From: Squalus acanthias
Lineage: Eukaryota
DNA: 64,000 bases
Assembly: GCA_030390025.1 (NCBI GenBank)
Contig: CM059432.1
Coordinates: 43,526,001-43,590,000 of the forward strand
Direction of reading: 5' to 3'
Position numbers and translations under genes: made by a program. Under the pieces are notes generated by a model. It searched no databases. It saw nothing but the letters and a program-made list of their open reading frames with translations, and was not told the DNA's origin. Of this stretch, positions 1 through 13,559 are shown piece after piece (within the stretch, counting starts at the first letter, position 1; each line of letters begins with the position of its first letter).

Positions 1-668
1 GAGTGAAGTGCTGAGGCGTCCGTCTTTGATGGAGATTCGTGTGTCCAAGAATGAAACCGATTCTGAGGAGTAGTCCATGGTGAGTTTGATGGTGGGATGG
101 AACCTGTTGATGCTATAGTGTAGTCCTTTCAGTGATCCTTCGCCGTGGGTCCAAAGGAAGAAGATGTCGTCGATGTATCTGGTGTACAGCGTTGGTTGGA
201 GGTCCTGTGCAGCAAAGAAGTCTTGCTCGAACTTGTGCATGAAGATGTTGACGTATTGGGGTGCAATTTGGTCCCCATGGCTGTTCCGTGTGTTTGGGTG
301 AAAAAATGGTTGTCGAAGGTGAAGACATTGTGGTCAAGGATGAAGCGGATGAGTTGTAAGATGGCGTCTGGAGATTGGCTGTTGTTGGTGTTGAGTACTG
401 AGGCTGTCGCAGCGATGCCGTCATTGTGGGGGATATTGGTGTAGAGTGCCGATACGTCCATTGTGACGAGGAGTGTTCCTGGTTCAACTGGTCCATGGGT
501 GCTGAGTTTCTGCAAGAAGTCTGTAGTGTCGCGACAGAAGCTGGGAGTTCCCTGTACGATGGGTTTCAGGATGCCCTCGACGTACCCAGAGAGGTTCTCA
601 CACAGGGTTCCGTTGCCTGATACGATAGGACGTCCGGGTGTGTTGGCTTTGTGTATCTTTGGGAGACA
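1..668 (-). mobile_element. Penelope-like element (PLE) reverse transcriptase fragment, frameshifted, runs off window start
   Basis: Minus-strand translation LPKIHK..PGRPIVSG, LVTMDVSALYTNIPH, GTAMG, then after a frameshift near 270 RYIDDIFFLW and SVSFLD; these are typical PLE RT motifs. Confidence 0.9.
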
Positions 669-1164
669 ACACTTCAGGGACACCATCTGTAAATCTGCCC
701 ACGTACCCTCCATTGGAGATAAATGATAAATCTTTAATCCCCTTCCCTCCAGTTCATATCAAATGGGAGTTTATTGCCTTGAATTTCTATATTATTAATT
801 CTCCAAAGAATAAATACAGACACCGTGAGTGCAGTCTAGTAGTAATAAAAAACCCTGCAGAGCTGCTCTTAATTTGATCCATACATGTGAACTCCCACAG
901 GTGGTCCGCTGTGAGGGCAGACGCTTCCCATTAATTTTTAATCAGGTGGAAACCTGGATGTTCTGGTGGGAACAGCCATGCTCTACAAACTGGTGGGATA
1001 TCCAGCAACGAGCCATTCCCACCACTAATTTGACAGAAGAGCGATTTTCTCCTCCCCCCATTTTGGTTGTTTATTCAACTTCTCATTCAGTGAAACAAAG
1101 TACAGTGCTTTCTCTGCTATTCAATGCATAAAGCATTGTTTGAAATCATTAGACAACTCCATCC

Positions 1165-1400
1165 CTATGGCCCAGTGGGTAAATGCACCACATGGTATAG
1201 TGCTGTGATGTGTTGACCAGAAAGGTTCCAGTTGAAATATTGGCCAGTGCTGAGTTAGCTGATCTCAGCAGCAATCTGACTGCTACAAATGGCCTCAGCA
1301 GCCTTGCTTTATGAGGGAAAAGCTCGGCCAGTGTTCCCACTGATGATTGTGCATAGTTGTGCCTACTAGAAGCTCATGGCCTAAATTTCCATCTTCATTG
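1165..1400 (+). mobile_element. Degenerate tRNA-derived SINE-like relic
   Basis: A-box-like TGGCCCAGTGG and degenerate B-box-like segment; body resembles the relic at about 6390-6575. Confidence 0.3.
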
Positions 1401-2149
1401 CATGAGCAGTAATCTGGTGCAGTGGTTTGCCCACCATTATGGAATCCATCCAATATTCATTCCACTGAAATTAATGGAAGAAAATCGGGTGGGTTCTATA
1501 ACAGGCAGGCAATCCATTTTGCCAGATTACCGCCCAAGAGGTGGATTACAATTTACCCTCATATGCTTGGACCTTGAGTGAGAATTGTAAAGGCTTCCAT
1601 AGCCCAGTGACACTCACTATTCTGCTACACAACTGAGAAATGCCGACTTGAATGAACTGAATGCCTGTAGTTAACCGTTGTACCAAACCCCAGGATCAGT
1701 CACTGCCTTTAGGTTACTACCGGTAGGAGGAGAAAGCTAGAAATGGTTGGAGGAATGAGGAAAAAGTGATTTGATCGTACATCCATCCTCCAGTTTCATC
1801 CATTGTCTTAGCTGTCTTTTAATAAAAAGGTCACAAAGTAGGAGGGGATTTTCTTCTTAAATTATGTTGGTTTGCAATGCATAACTCAGGTGCTAAGTGA
1901 TAACTAATTTGGCAGGGACCCATTTCTGCCCCTGTAATAATCTTAGCATGTTACTTCCGTCCCGATGCCAGAGATGCCTGCCCAAAAATGCACGGGCATA
2001 ATCAAAGGAAGTAGTAATAATGGAATGATATTTTGCGCTAGATTTCCCCACTTCTTACCACTCACTTTCAGGCAATTAAAGGGTGTTTAAAACAGTAAAA
2101 GGGGATGGTATGGCATACACATACCACCTCAAAAAAGTTGTACCAAACT

Positions 2150-2900
2150 TATTCTTGGTAAAATTCATCAGTCTGCAGCACCGCCTGCCATATAAATGGC
2201 AGTGGCTGGGTATGGCCAAGGTCTTGGTGCTATTTCTCTCAATTACTGCCCCAAATCCAAACACTGAGAACACACTCACCATATATATGAACAGTACAGC
2301 AGTATCCCTGAGGCAGATACTATATTAAGGAGGCTCTCTTGGTGGAGATACCCAAAGTTGTATGAAGGTTTGCCTGGACATCAACTTTTGCTGCTTGCTG
2401 CTCTGGAGCCTCTCTAAAGACTTCTACCACTTACAGAGAGTAACGGAGGCTACCCTGGAAGCTGTCATACTGCTTTCATCATATGTCAATCCACCATATG
2501 AGCCCTGATGACAGAACCATGTACTGTATCAAGATGGTTGATTGATGATTGAGTTTTCTCTTGCACTCATGGCTTGTGACTCCAGTATGATTTTCGCAGA
2601 CAGAGAAGAATAAATATAATGAGGCCCATGGGACTACAAGAACTGTGACAGAGCAGACAACTGCTATTCTGAAATTTTGTTTTAGGTGCCTGGATAAATC
2701 TGGTAGAGTCCTGCAATCCAGTCCAACAAGAGTCAGTGTAGCTGCATAATATTGCTATTAAGAAAAGGCTGCTACCTCCTGAAGCTGAAGGGGTTGATGA
2801 TGAAGATGGAGAGGGGCCTCCATCTCCACGTCAGATGGAGGGTGCACAGGAAGGAGAGGAGTTGGAGAAAGACAGCAATTAGCCAGCCGCCAAAGAAAGC
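2150..2900 (+). pseudogene. Highly degraded Harbinger transposase relic
   Basis: YPGSCHTAFI at about 2451 and FRCLDKSGRVLQSSPTRVS..LHNIA at about 2681-2760, followed by an acidic tail; these match motifs in the better-preserved transposases in this window. Confidence 0.75.
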
Positions 2901-3469
2901 AACTGACAGCCGAGTGCTTTCTGTAAATAAATGTCCTCTCACCCCAACTGCCTTCCAAAGAACTGCATTCCCACAGGCTTCTATAAATTGCCATAATACA
3001 GGGATCATACTCACACATGTCATCATCTAGGTCCATTAAATTACAAACATCCATAGAAATGAACTCTGAAGTCTATGTGGTCAAACAATTTTTACTTTCC
3101 AGAACACAATTCACTGGAGGCCGCTAAAAAAGGGCTCAGCAAATGTTGAGTTTTTGTTTTTGTGGGTCAAAGAGAAGTCAGTTCGAGGCTTGTCTCCTGG
3201 GATTTCCTTCCACTCCGACCCAACCTGCTGGCCGGCTCAACGCAGGAACTGGCCAATTCCTGCCTTCCCACAACCGACGAATTACAGCAGGGTGTACGGT
3301 TGGCACTGGCAGCTCACCGACAGCATTTAAATGAAGCCCAAACCTGAATTTGGTTCAGACCTCATGCCGACAGAAACAGACGGGCCTAGTGACCACTCCA
3401 CCATTTTGGGAGGATGTTCATTGTTCTTTTTGAAACTGAGCACCTGAGATTTTGGATCCCGAACTCCTC

Positions 3470-4880
3470 AGCTAATCATGGTTGCTTCTCCACTCTTCCC
3501 CTTCCACTCCCAGGTCTTCATGCTCACTAGTGCTAGGTGCTTTGCCCAATAAAAACTCTTCTGACTCACTATTTCCTTCTGAAGTAGGTAAGTTTATCTG
3601 GTCCTGGGGTAGGTAGTTGGTGAAGATGGGGCAAGAGTTGTGGATCTTGAGCCTGGCTGTTCATCTGAACAGCTAGCCACTTCCTCCAAGTCATTCCCTC
3701 AGATTTCAGAAACAGGAAAGCTTCTTTCGCTGTGTTGCACTTACATCACTCATTGAAGAAATAGCGTATCAGTGCTTGCCATTGCCATACTTTGACAGTG
3801 CACATAAAGCTGCAATGACTGGTGCTCCTCCTTGCCCTGACTTTGACAAATGCTTCCTACTCTGCCATCTCCTACAGCTCTTTGTCTGTCTACAAGCTGA
3901 AAAGTTTCCTTCCCATGTGCACAAAGTTTTCAAGATTGGTGTTCCTCCTTCAGTTGCAGTTCTTTGGTGCTAGCAGTGCACTACCTTTTCCTTTGCAATG
4001 ATAGAACACAGAATTAAAGGAATGTTACTGTCAAGAACACTTCTTATCACCCATATCTCCTGCTGCATACCATTCTTATCAGACTTGCAGGTGCAGGCGC
4101 CCTTTAAAGATCTCTCCTTCAAGACCATCAAAACCCATTGTGACAAGCAATTTGAGTTCTCACAGTGGTTTGCAATTAAAATGGAGCATTATTGTTTCCA
4201 GATGTTCCCTGGGTGTAGGTCACTTCTTCTGTTAACCAAATAATGACACTGAGTACGAAAGTCAATGCTCTATCATTCCTACAGGATGAGCATGAAGAAC
4301 AGTGACTTCACTAATTGTGTCTAAACTTATGAGGTCATTAAACCTCTTCCTGCGCTGTGTAGCAGTTTGTAGATTGCATTCACTGCCTCTACCACTTCCA
4401 GCTTTATGGTGCTTTCTGCCCTCAGTCCTCAGGAGCCTTTATTGTCTGTACTTTATTTCATAGAATCATACAGACCCTTCAGCCCATCGTGCCCGTGCCG
4501 GCTTTTTGAATCAGCTATCCAATTAGTCCCACTCCCGTACTCTTTCCCCAGAGCCCTGCAATTTTTTCCTTTTCAAGTATATATCCAATTCCCTTTCCAA
4601 AATTACTATTAAATCTACATCCATCATCCTCTCAGGCAGTGCATTCCAGATCATAACAACTCACTGCGTAAAATAATTCTCCTCATCTCCCCTCTGGTTC
4701 TTGTGCTAATTATCTTACATGTTCTCTGGTTACTGACCTTCCAGCCAGTGGAATCAGTTTCTCCTTATTCAGTCTATCAAAATCCCTCATCATTTTGAAC
4801 ACCTATTACATTTCTGCAGGAAGTACATCCACCAAAGCATTAGGCAGTCTGAGAGCTGTTCCTGATGACATGATGCTGTT
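3470..4880 (-). pseudogene. Degraded Harbinger Myb/SANT-like partner gene relic, convergent with the 2150-2900 transposase and interrupted by CR1
   Basis: Minus strand reads TQRRKRFNDLI at about 4327-4360 and MSSGTALRLPNALVDV at about 4825-4872, matching exon 1 of the Myb-like gene at 24067-24306. Confidence 0.55.
4458..4810 (-). mobile_element. CR1 LINE 3' fragment
   Basis: ATTCTATG-type tail (catagaatcata on +) and ORF2 C-terminal sequence similar to other CR1 copies here. Confidence 0.85.
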
Positions 4881-5479
4881 CCTTCCTCACTAATTTCTGC
4901 ATTGTTGTGTTGCTCCCAGGCAAACAAAAACAGCTTTAATCAGCTGCAGCATTTTAACTACCAAAGCATTAAATTTCCCTCCTCTCAGCAGTAGTAAATC
5001 AATAGGCAACTTATTACTGCCCCAAATACATAAGTAGGACCAGCCCAGGAAACTTCAGCAGGTTAGTGGCGGTATCACACTGTGGGCAGTAGCCCTACCC
5101 CACTACTGACCTATCTTTTGAAGGAGAATCTATGCCCATATGTCACATTTTTCATTATTACCGCCATAGCAGTGCTGGATGTATACAACAGGGGTTCAGC
5201 GTCGCTAAGGTTGGCGGAGGACTTTTAAAGGTTAAAAGGCCATGCCTGGGACTGCATTCGATTGCAGGGCGATTCATCACCCTCCCCTGCCGGTACATAA
5301 GGTGGGATGTTTTATCCTGGAGCAAGTTGTCTTGTTAAGCTGCGACAGGAGCCAGAGTCCTGAAGCAGCAGGGATATTCCATTTGATATGGCAGGCTCCT
5401 TAGCATTGGTGGAAACCTTTCCAGGAGCCTGCAAGACATATTTAAATTAAGCTTATTCCAGGAAATGTACTGGTGCTAT

Positions 5480-5577
5480 AAAAACAGAAAATGCTGGAAA
5501 CACTCAGCAGGTCAGGCAGCATCTGTGGAGAGAGAAACAGAGTTAATGTTTCAGCTCGATGACCTTGCGTCAGAACT
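5480..5577 (-). mobile_element. PLE terminal-repeat fragment with degenerate hammerhead ribozyme motif (5541-5577)
   Basis: Same repeat as 36062-36165 and 44830-44970; minus strand reads agtt-CTGACGC-A-AGGTC-ATC-GAGCT-GAAAC-ATT-aact. Confidence 0.75.
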
Positions 5578-6586
5578 TACTGAGGCTATTGGGTGAGTGA
5601 AAGTCCCACCCTGACTCACTTATGGAGGTAAAGCCACCAAAAGGGAAAATCTCAGTCTAGAATGGCAGTAAACAAACTTCCGTATTTCTATCCTTTTTCT
5701 TTATTGCAGCATTATGACCTCTTCATGTAACCTGTCTGATTAACTGTAGATGTGTGGGTTCCATTTTGATTCAAATTAAACACATTGCAAGTAAACAAAC
5801 ATAAATGTTATTTATTTTAATGGAACACATAGCTAGGTGCCAAAACTAGAAAATCTAGTTGTTTTGTAATGGATCTAGAAATTTCCTTTTCTAATTGTCT
5901 TTAAAAAAAATCAGTTTTAACTTTTTCTAAACCCATTCATTAGTGAATATCCTTTACAGATATTCCAGTGCACAGCTTCTATAGTACTAACTGCTGCCAA
6001 AAGTCATTTTCTCCACAATTTGATTGCTGAGTATTTGAGCTAGAGATAGAGAAATGTGCAGTAATATCCTTGGACTAAAGAGAATCACTTTTAAAATTAT
6101 TTTTCAAATCTTTTGCTGACATTTTCCCTTTGATATTTATTTACCCTTTCAGTACTAAACTGCACCAAAACTCAATTCACATGACTAGAAAAGATATCTG
6201 CAACTCTGCAATAAACGTAGCAAAATGGAAATGGTGCAGGAGGTTGGGAACAGATTCTGGGGATAGGTGAAATTTGAGTGAGGTTTAAACAGCAACATTT
6301 GTAAGTTCTATGGAACAATACTTAGCATGAAAAAAGATACAATGTTGCAACAGTTGATACGTGCCTGCTGTAAACACTGCTGTACAGGTAAGGTTCAATC
6401 CCCAGTGTGTGATGAGTTTGATGAATTCATCCAGGGCAGTGGTAAGAATGCTCAATTGGCTTTGGTGCCTGTCGGTTAGAGAAGGAAAAGTCAGCCAAGA
6501 TTTACATTCCTGATCCATGACTCCTGCTGGGAAGTGCTCTTGTGCATATTGGGTATGATTGGAATTGGCTCCGAGCCCGATACAAT

Positions 6587-6951
6587 GGGCTGAATTCTCC
6601 TGTTGCTCGTCTATCAGTGGAGCAGTAATACCGTGTGTGTCCAAGTGAATCTGCAGCTAACTTGCCGCAATGAATTCCCTCCCAGAGCCTTCATTTCACA
6701 CTGCGGCCATTTTAACAGTGCTGTTATTTTGGGGGGTTGAGATGCCTGCCTGGCACCCCTCCCAGAGCACTTATCTTCTGCTGGGGACCACTCCCCTGGG
6801 TCCCTAGTGGCGGGCTCCTGTTGCCCAATTTTAACTGCCAAACCTCATTAGCATGCCGCTTCCCAATTTCCTGACCAAATCAATCGGGAAGTCAGCGGGA
6901 AGCGACTGCCTGGCTGATTCCCGCCAGTTGGGGCAAGTTAAAATCAACCCC
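6587..6951. mobile_element. Harbinger-type MITE (degenerate TIRs)
   Basis: Ends gggctgaattc / aaaatcaacccc; GC-rich noncoding interior. Confidence 0.5.
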
Positions 6952-7527
6952 CATGGTGTTGATAATTAGTTGTGGTTAGTGCTATTAGAGATATTAGCAC
7001 ATTTTGATGAATGATGTTCTGTAAATAAACACAGCTTGTGCACATAGAGTTCTCAGTTCATTACTGCATATGCTTTCACTTCTTGGTGGTTTGGAAGATG
7101 GTAAGGGAAGTATAGACTTCTGTCTGAAGAAGCAACATGGCACATGCTTTGACAGTGAGGAGCTTTTTGAATTATGGGGAGAGCACGGGCAGCTGTGAAG
7201 TGACTTTATTTGCTGCGTCACCTTTTATTTGTTGAAAGCTCTAGGTTATCAGCTATTCCCTCATTTCTCAGGCTGCTGGCTGTCCAGTCCCATATCCTCA
7301 TGCTGCTGGGAGGGAGGTCTGCTCTTCACTTGCTCTTCATCATCATCAGCTTCTGGAAGCAGCAAGCCTTTCTTCATTATGTAGTACGCAGCAAGCTACA
7401 ATAATTCTTGAGGCTCTTGCTGGGTTATATTACATGGTCCACCAGATTTATCCCGGCACCTAAATTGAAACTTGAGAATTCCTATAGTTTGTTCTATGAC
7501 ACTTCTTGTCGTGCCATTAGACCCACT

Positions 7528-8119
7528 GGGGGAATTTTAAATCCCTCTGCTCGGCAGAAACCAGGTGGAACAGGAGTTAAAATCCAAATGTTTTCTATCC
7601 CACGACCATTTTAACATTGATGTTATCTTGGGCGGTTGAGGTGCCTGCCTGACTCAGTTCCTATGATATCAGTAAGCCCCCAATACAATTGTAACTGCCT
7701 ACTGGGCAGAGGAACTGCCATGGACACTCCGCTCAGTAAAACCAGGTGGACACCCAGTGGAGGCCCTGTCAGATAAGTTTAAAATTTATCTTCGTCAGGC
7801 CAGGAGGAGCAGGAATGCTCCGCCGGAACCCAGAAAGAGAGTTTGGGCCACACTGCTGCCCCAGGCTCCCCCCCCCCCACATCTGACACGCAAAACCCTC
7901 CCAACCTTTCCTGACAACCTACCTGACCACTGGCCTGGCAGCCTCCGGGCTGCCCGATCTTCACAGGCCACAAGCCAATGAACTGCTTTTGCCCATTATG
8001 GGCAGGCAGCTGGCTGGTGGAATGTTAATGAGGCCTGGCTGTCAAAATGGACCAGGCTTCCCTCTACAGCTCCCGGGCGAGTGTCCCGCGGCTTTCTGCC
8101 CAGGAGTTAAAATTCTCCC
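7528..8119. mobile_element. Harbinger-type MITE
   Basis: TIR gggggaattttaa / ttaaaattctccc with extended subterminal inverted similarity (ggcagaaa-ccagg / gctttctgcc). Confidence 0.7.
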
Positions 8120-8199
8120 TATTATATTTGTTGTCCCCCTATATCTGGAGTGTACTGGAATGAAAGCCATGACTGCAGGGGATAGTTCTAATCACCAAT

Positions 8200-8930
8200 C
8201 AACTACCCTGATATATGGCTCTGAGTCATGAGGGATAAGTTATATACCAACTTCCTAGGTATCTGGCATGGATATATAGGATAAGGCATTTGGCATTTCA
8301 TATAACTGTATATTAATAGAATGAAAGCCTTTCCTTATCATAAAATTGAGGAGGTTGTTATATCAAGCTTTGAGTGGCATATGCTTTTCACCACTCGTTC
8401 CTTGCACCTACGGAAACCCTGACAGCCTACAGATCTGTATAGCTTTCTCTCTCTCTCTCTCGCTCTCTCTGTTCGTCTGCTTCTAGTAAGAAGTATATGA
8501 ATGATGCAATCCTCCTGAATAGAGCATCGGTGAGCTTGATGCAGTGGTGAGCAGCTGCCTAACTAATGTGGCAAAGATCCCTATATGCTGCCTGGAAGGA
8601 TCCAGTTGCAAAGAAATTCAAAGCAGTGTTAACCTTCACTGGTACAGACAATACTGTTCTCCTGATGGAAGTGAGCTGCAGGTCTTCAACCAGCAGTTGA
8701 CATATTTCCCCAATAGCCTCTGGGGTGATAGTGGAAGTGCAGCCTGCTGAGAAACTGATGGCCAGAAGACCTTTTTGGTCTGTAGACCCTGGTGTGTGGG
8801 TATACATGTGTAAGGAAGAGCTTGATATGCAGGCCAAGTAACACCAACCTTGAGTAGCAAAATGGCCTCGCAATATGGTATCCGTCTCAGGAATATCTTC
8901 CTGCAGCATTTACTGCCAATTATATAGTGT
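8200..8930 (-). pseudogene. Degraded Harbinger transposase N-terminal fragment
   Basis: EICQLLVEDLQ...[28 protein letters not shown], then TDALFRR, and HARYLGSW near 8250-8280. Confidence 0.8.
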
Positions 8931-9069
8931 TGTTAAAATTTGGGCACAAGTTGGGGAAAATAGATCAGAGGGGTTGGTCATGGCCCATTTATTCCATTTA
9001 AAAGGAGTGGGTCAGGCTCGTGTGGGCTTTAAAAGGGAATAGTGATTTTTTTTTGGATGATAATGCAAA

Positions 9070-9528
9070 AGAAAAAAGAAAGACTTTACATTTATATAGC
9101 GCCTTTCATGACCACCAGACATCTCAAAGCGCTTTACAGCCAATGAAGTACTTTTGAAGTGTAGTCACTGTTGTAATGTGGGAAACGCAGCAGCCAATTT
9201 GCACACAGCAAGGTCCCACCAACAGCAATGTGATAATGACCAGATAAACTGTTTTTGTTATGTTGATTGAGGGATAAATATTGGCCAGGACACCGGGGAT
9301 AATTCCCCTACTCTGCTTCAAAATAGTGCCATGGGATCTTTTACGTCCACCTGAGAGAGCAGACAGGGCCTCGGTTTAACATCGCATCCGAAAGACGGCA
9401 CCTCCAACAGTGCAGCACTCCACTGGAGTGTCAGCCTAGATTTATGTGCTCAAGTCCCTGGAGTGGGACTATGAACCCACAACCTTCTGACTTAGAGGCG
9501 AGAGTGCTACCTACTGAGCCACAGCTGA
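9070..9528 (-). mobile_element. tRNA-derived DeuSINE (SacSINE1-like)
   Basis: tRNA head (gtggctcagtaggtagc...gggttc), Deu-domain-like core (taaaccgagg...taaaagatcccatggcact...gtcctggccaa) and L2-like tail (tgtaaagcgcttt...aaggcgctatataaat). Confidence 0.85.
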
Positions 9529-10129
9529 TGCAGGTGGTCTTTTAGCAGTAGATTTGAGGCAGTAACCTCTAAGAACCCATTTTACATCAATAACCACCCC
9601 AAATCCACTCCAAAACAGGAGGTTCTCACTGCCTCGGCTTACACATTAAAGACTACTTATTTGGGTAGCAGGTACCTATGCGGCATACTGCAGCCAGAGT
9701 CAGATCTTTGGGACAGGAGGGGGGGAAAGTTGGAGAGAATCAATGATAGAGTGCCTGGAGAAGTGGAGCCTCCTCATACACTGCTCCTCAGAGATATCCA
9801 GGAAAGTTGCTCTTGGCCTAGAGTCCCTTGAGCTGGGCAAGGCTTTCAATGGGTCGCTCCCGTCACCTACTCTCTGCTAACAAGCACACCTGCTACTCCT
9901 CATGGTTGTTCAGGCTTGCTGCTGCTGTTATTGCTGCTCCTCCTTCTTCATCCAAAATAATGACGCAAAAATGGCACCCACGATAAGTGATTATGGTCAG
10001 TAATGCAAAAAACATCAGAAACAAGCAATCTCCAAGATCAAATATCTCTTGGAAATCCAAAAAGTACAATAGCACACAGGATGATGCCAGGGGGTGGGCA
10101 ACTATAGTTATAAGGAGTGACTTGAGATT

Positions 10130-10548
10130 CTGGGACTATTCCCACTGAGGCAGAGATGGTTAAGCAGAAATGTAATGATTTTTTAAATGTTATGAAGGGT
10201 TTTGGTGAAATGAATAGGGAAAGACCATTTGCTCTGGTGGGGAGTTAGTGCTGAGGGTTTGTCAATTTAAAACTGCCTTTAAGAGAGTGAAGAGAGAGGC
10301 TAAGAGAATTTTCTTTATACAGAGGGTTTTGGGAACATGAGAATTCTTCGCCACAGGAAGTGGTGAAGGCAGGGACCATCACATCTTTTAAAGAAAAATT
10401 GGATAAATATTTGAAGCAGAGGAGGCTATGGGGAGAGAGCGAGGCAGTAGGATTAGATTTAGATAGCTCTAACAAAGAGCCAGCACAGTCATGATGGGCT
10501 GAATGGCCTCCTTTCGTGTTGTAAGCTTCCACAATTCTAGGGTTCTAT
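10130..10548 (+). mobile_element. Old CR1 3' fragment
   Basis: Degenerate ORF2 C-terminus plus 3' UTR gatgggctgaatggcctcct and ttctatga tail. Confidence 0.7.
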
Positions 10549-11040
10549 GACCGGATGCGTATTTTCTGATTATGATGTAGCACTTGTATATTCCATTTAT
10601 TCAGTCAGTTGTGGAAATAACGAACTGTTCAGTGTCTTTTGACATTGCTCTAATATATTACTGCTGCAAATTTCCATTGGTTGTGCATCTGTAGTGAACC
10701 ACAGTAAATGACCAACTGTAAACTATTAGTAAAAGCTCCTACCCCTTGACTTTTGTTTGGCCCCTGCCGTGAAGCAGGAGATTCACATGAGACTGCTACA
10801 AAAAGTTGAATGCAAGTTTTATCGTCTGACATCTTCTGCAGGAAAAGAAACCCCCCACACATTTTATTTCCAGTAATCTGATGGTACATAAACTGTATCA
10901 GTAAATATATAAATTATCAGAGATCATTGTTATTTCAGGTGATTCTGATAGCAACAGATTAGTTCAGCATCATGGCTGTAGTGGAGATGGGAGCCAGTTC
11001 TCTTTTGTTAAATATATTTGATATTAAAAAAATACATTAT

Positions 11041-11835
11041 GGCCCATAACTTACAGGCAGTGGCGATGTGACGGCGATCGCCGCTGACCTCGAAGAAATC
11101 TGCCTACAGAGATCTCGCAATCTCTGTGGCGAAAATTTGAGGTTTCTCAACGTGTAGTTGATTATAGCATGATAAATAGAGGATTCCTAGTGAAGTGCAG
11201 CAGGGATGTTTCAAGGTGTCTAAGCAGCCAATCACATTGAAGAGTTCTCACAGACAGCAAACCAGGAAATAAAAAGCAGCTTTTATCCTCACTTTTTAAA
11301 AATATTACAGAGAGCGAAATAAAGATTTGGACGTACACATGGGGTTAAGGTAGAAGCTGAAATATCACGAACAAACTTAAAGTTTTTTTTAAATTGTAAT
11401 TTTTATTATAATGAAGACAATTGACATTCCACAAATATAAAAAGTAGTTTTTCAGGGCCATAATGGTCGTTTAGCAGCTAATGCACTGTTAAAACCCCAT
11501 TTATACCTATTCCAACAAGGATTAACATTTAATGGGGCATTTAACAGTGATTCTAGCGCCAAAAAGCTCATGTTTTCGTCATTTTCACTGATTTCACGGA
11601 TTGTCGGGCATGGGGGTGGGGGGGGGGGGGGGGGGGGTGGGGGGGGGGTGGGGGTGAGGGTATGGGGGTGGTCCATAGCATAGCCTGTGTCGGAGCAGGG
11701 AATGACTGACCGCAACTTCAGGATTTTCACCTTTAGCTGCGCATGCACTAAATCCTGAAGCTAACGGTCAGTTTCAGAGGGGTAATAATGGCAAACTCTG
11801 ACAGTTCGACATCATTACCCACCATAAAATCACAT
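11041..11835. mobile_element. Harbinger-type MITE with long G tract (about 11612-11655)
   Basis: Starts ggccca; its 3' part is homologous to the small MITE at 16932-17115; internal hairpin tgaccgcaacttcaggattt...aaatcctgaagctaacggtca. Confidence 0.6.
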
Positions 11836-13559
11836 AATGAGTTTTATGGATATTATTTTATAGGAACTGTGAGCGTATTTTGAAGAATTAAAAGAACTGT
11901 TGTCAGAGTATTCATTGTTTTCTTAAGCGAACACTAAGAAACTTGGTGCCATCTCTCCTCTGTATCAGGTACAAACTATTGTTAAATACATTTTTGCACT
12001 TACTGAAGTGTAGCTCTTCTCCCTCTTTATTCAGTTGTCTGAAATAGCTGACAACTTGATCATTTTTTTTATGTGGAAATGTTACCACTAAAAATAGATA
12101 GGAAATCTGCTTTGAATATAAGCTCAAGATGGTAATAGTTTTCTTGGTAGTCATCACAGTGTAATGGTATATTGCCAACAACTGGTTTTCATTTGTTTAA
12201 AATCTATAAAACCTTTATGTTTAATTCTGTGAAACGACTGCAGTCAATCTAGTCTCTGCTGGAGTAGTACAGGAGCCAGGATGTTAAGATCTTGACATTT
12301 TATTATCAACACTAACTTTATGATTCTATGGTGTCCAGGCCCTGTTGATTACACCTTTAACTCTTAAAGTACCAGTTGTGGGGGAAGATTTTCTCTGTGT
12401 GCTATATCATAAACCTGTTTATAAAGGCCAAGCCATTTCATTACATATGAGGAAATCTTGCCCCGTGCTCTTTGTTGTCCTACCATATGAATTAAGAATA
12501 AGAAGATGTTTGGATTTTACTGTCTTTTTAAAGCACCAGCCCTTTGATGTGGTTTGTGCTTTGTTTTGGGGATTTGGTTTTGCAAAATAAAATATCAATA
12601 GTATGGAATTAGTAAAAATAGAGCTCCTTCTGGTTTGGTAAAGCTGATCGGAAGGATGAGAGGGAAAAAGACTTACATCAAAGGAGCTGTGTATTAAAGC
12701 AGCTTTTATACCGCAGTCCTGAGCAGAGGCTGGATGCTTTCCCACAGGGAGGAAGAGAAAGTTGGAGGGATGGTTACCACAGTCAGTTATGAGCTCTGGC
12801 AGATGCCTTGGCCTAAGATTTGCCACCAAACCTCAGTTTACGGAAAGCACAGAGACCTAATAGTTAGGGGAGCATGTGCATTCGAAAAGCACTGCTAACA
12901 TTTACAAGTTGTTGCTAGTCAAACGCTCTATGCAAATATTACCCACTCTTCTGTCTTTCTCCCCTAAAAAAGCTGTAAAATAGTTGAAAAGATCATTTGC
13001 AGTAGCAGCATTTTTGTTTCTTTTCTCTTAACCGGAAGTTCCTGCTATAATTGGTTAATGCAACCCACGCTCAGTTTCTAAAAAAGAAAAAGGATATCAT
13101 CTCCAGTCCCTGATGTGCATTGCAATTACATCATGATTGACAGGCTGTGATTGAGCAGCACAGAAATACAAAGCAATTGTGATAAATTCAATCCAGGAGG
13201 CTCTTCAGTTTAATATCTCCAGAAGTAAAATGTAGCTCATTATATTTTCAGGATCTATTTATTTGATGGTTACTACCAATTTTAGCAAAAACAGGTTAGA
13301 CTGCAGGACCCTCTAAAGTATTCAAGTCGCTGCAGAAACTTGTTCGATGTGTCACATTTGGAACTAAATTCAGTAGTAAAACAGACCCTTCTAACCTCCA
13401 TTAAAGGCCAAAATCTATGACATGTTTTCAGCCATACAAAATGGTTAGTATTGAAAGACATCAGGAACAAATAGGGAACTGTTGCAGAAGTTTGAGGAAT
13501 CTCCATTACTGAGAATTGCAATGTCCAACATTAAATACCTAATTTAATGTCAGCTGTGC

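Noticed and set aside
11612..11655. Functional G-quadruplex or polyproline exon
   Set aside because: Homopolymer expansion inside a MITE; its length may also be assembly-dependent.
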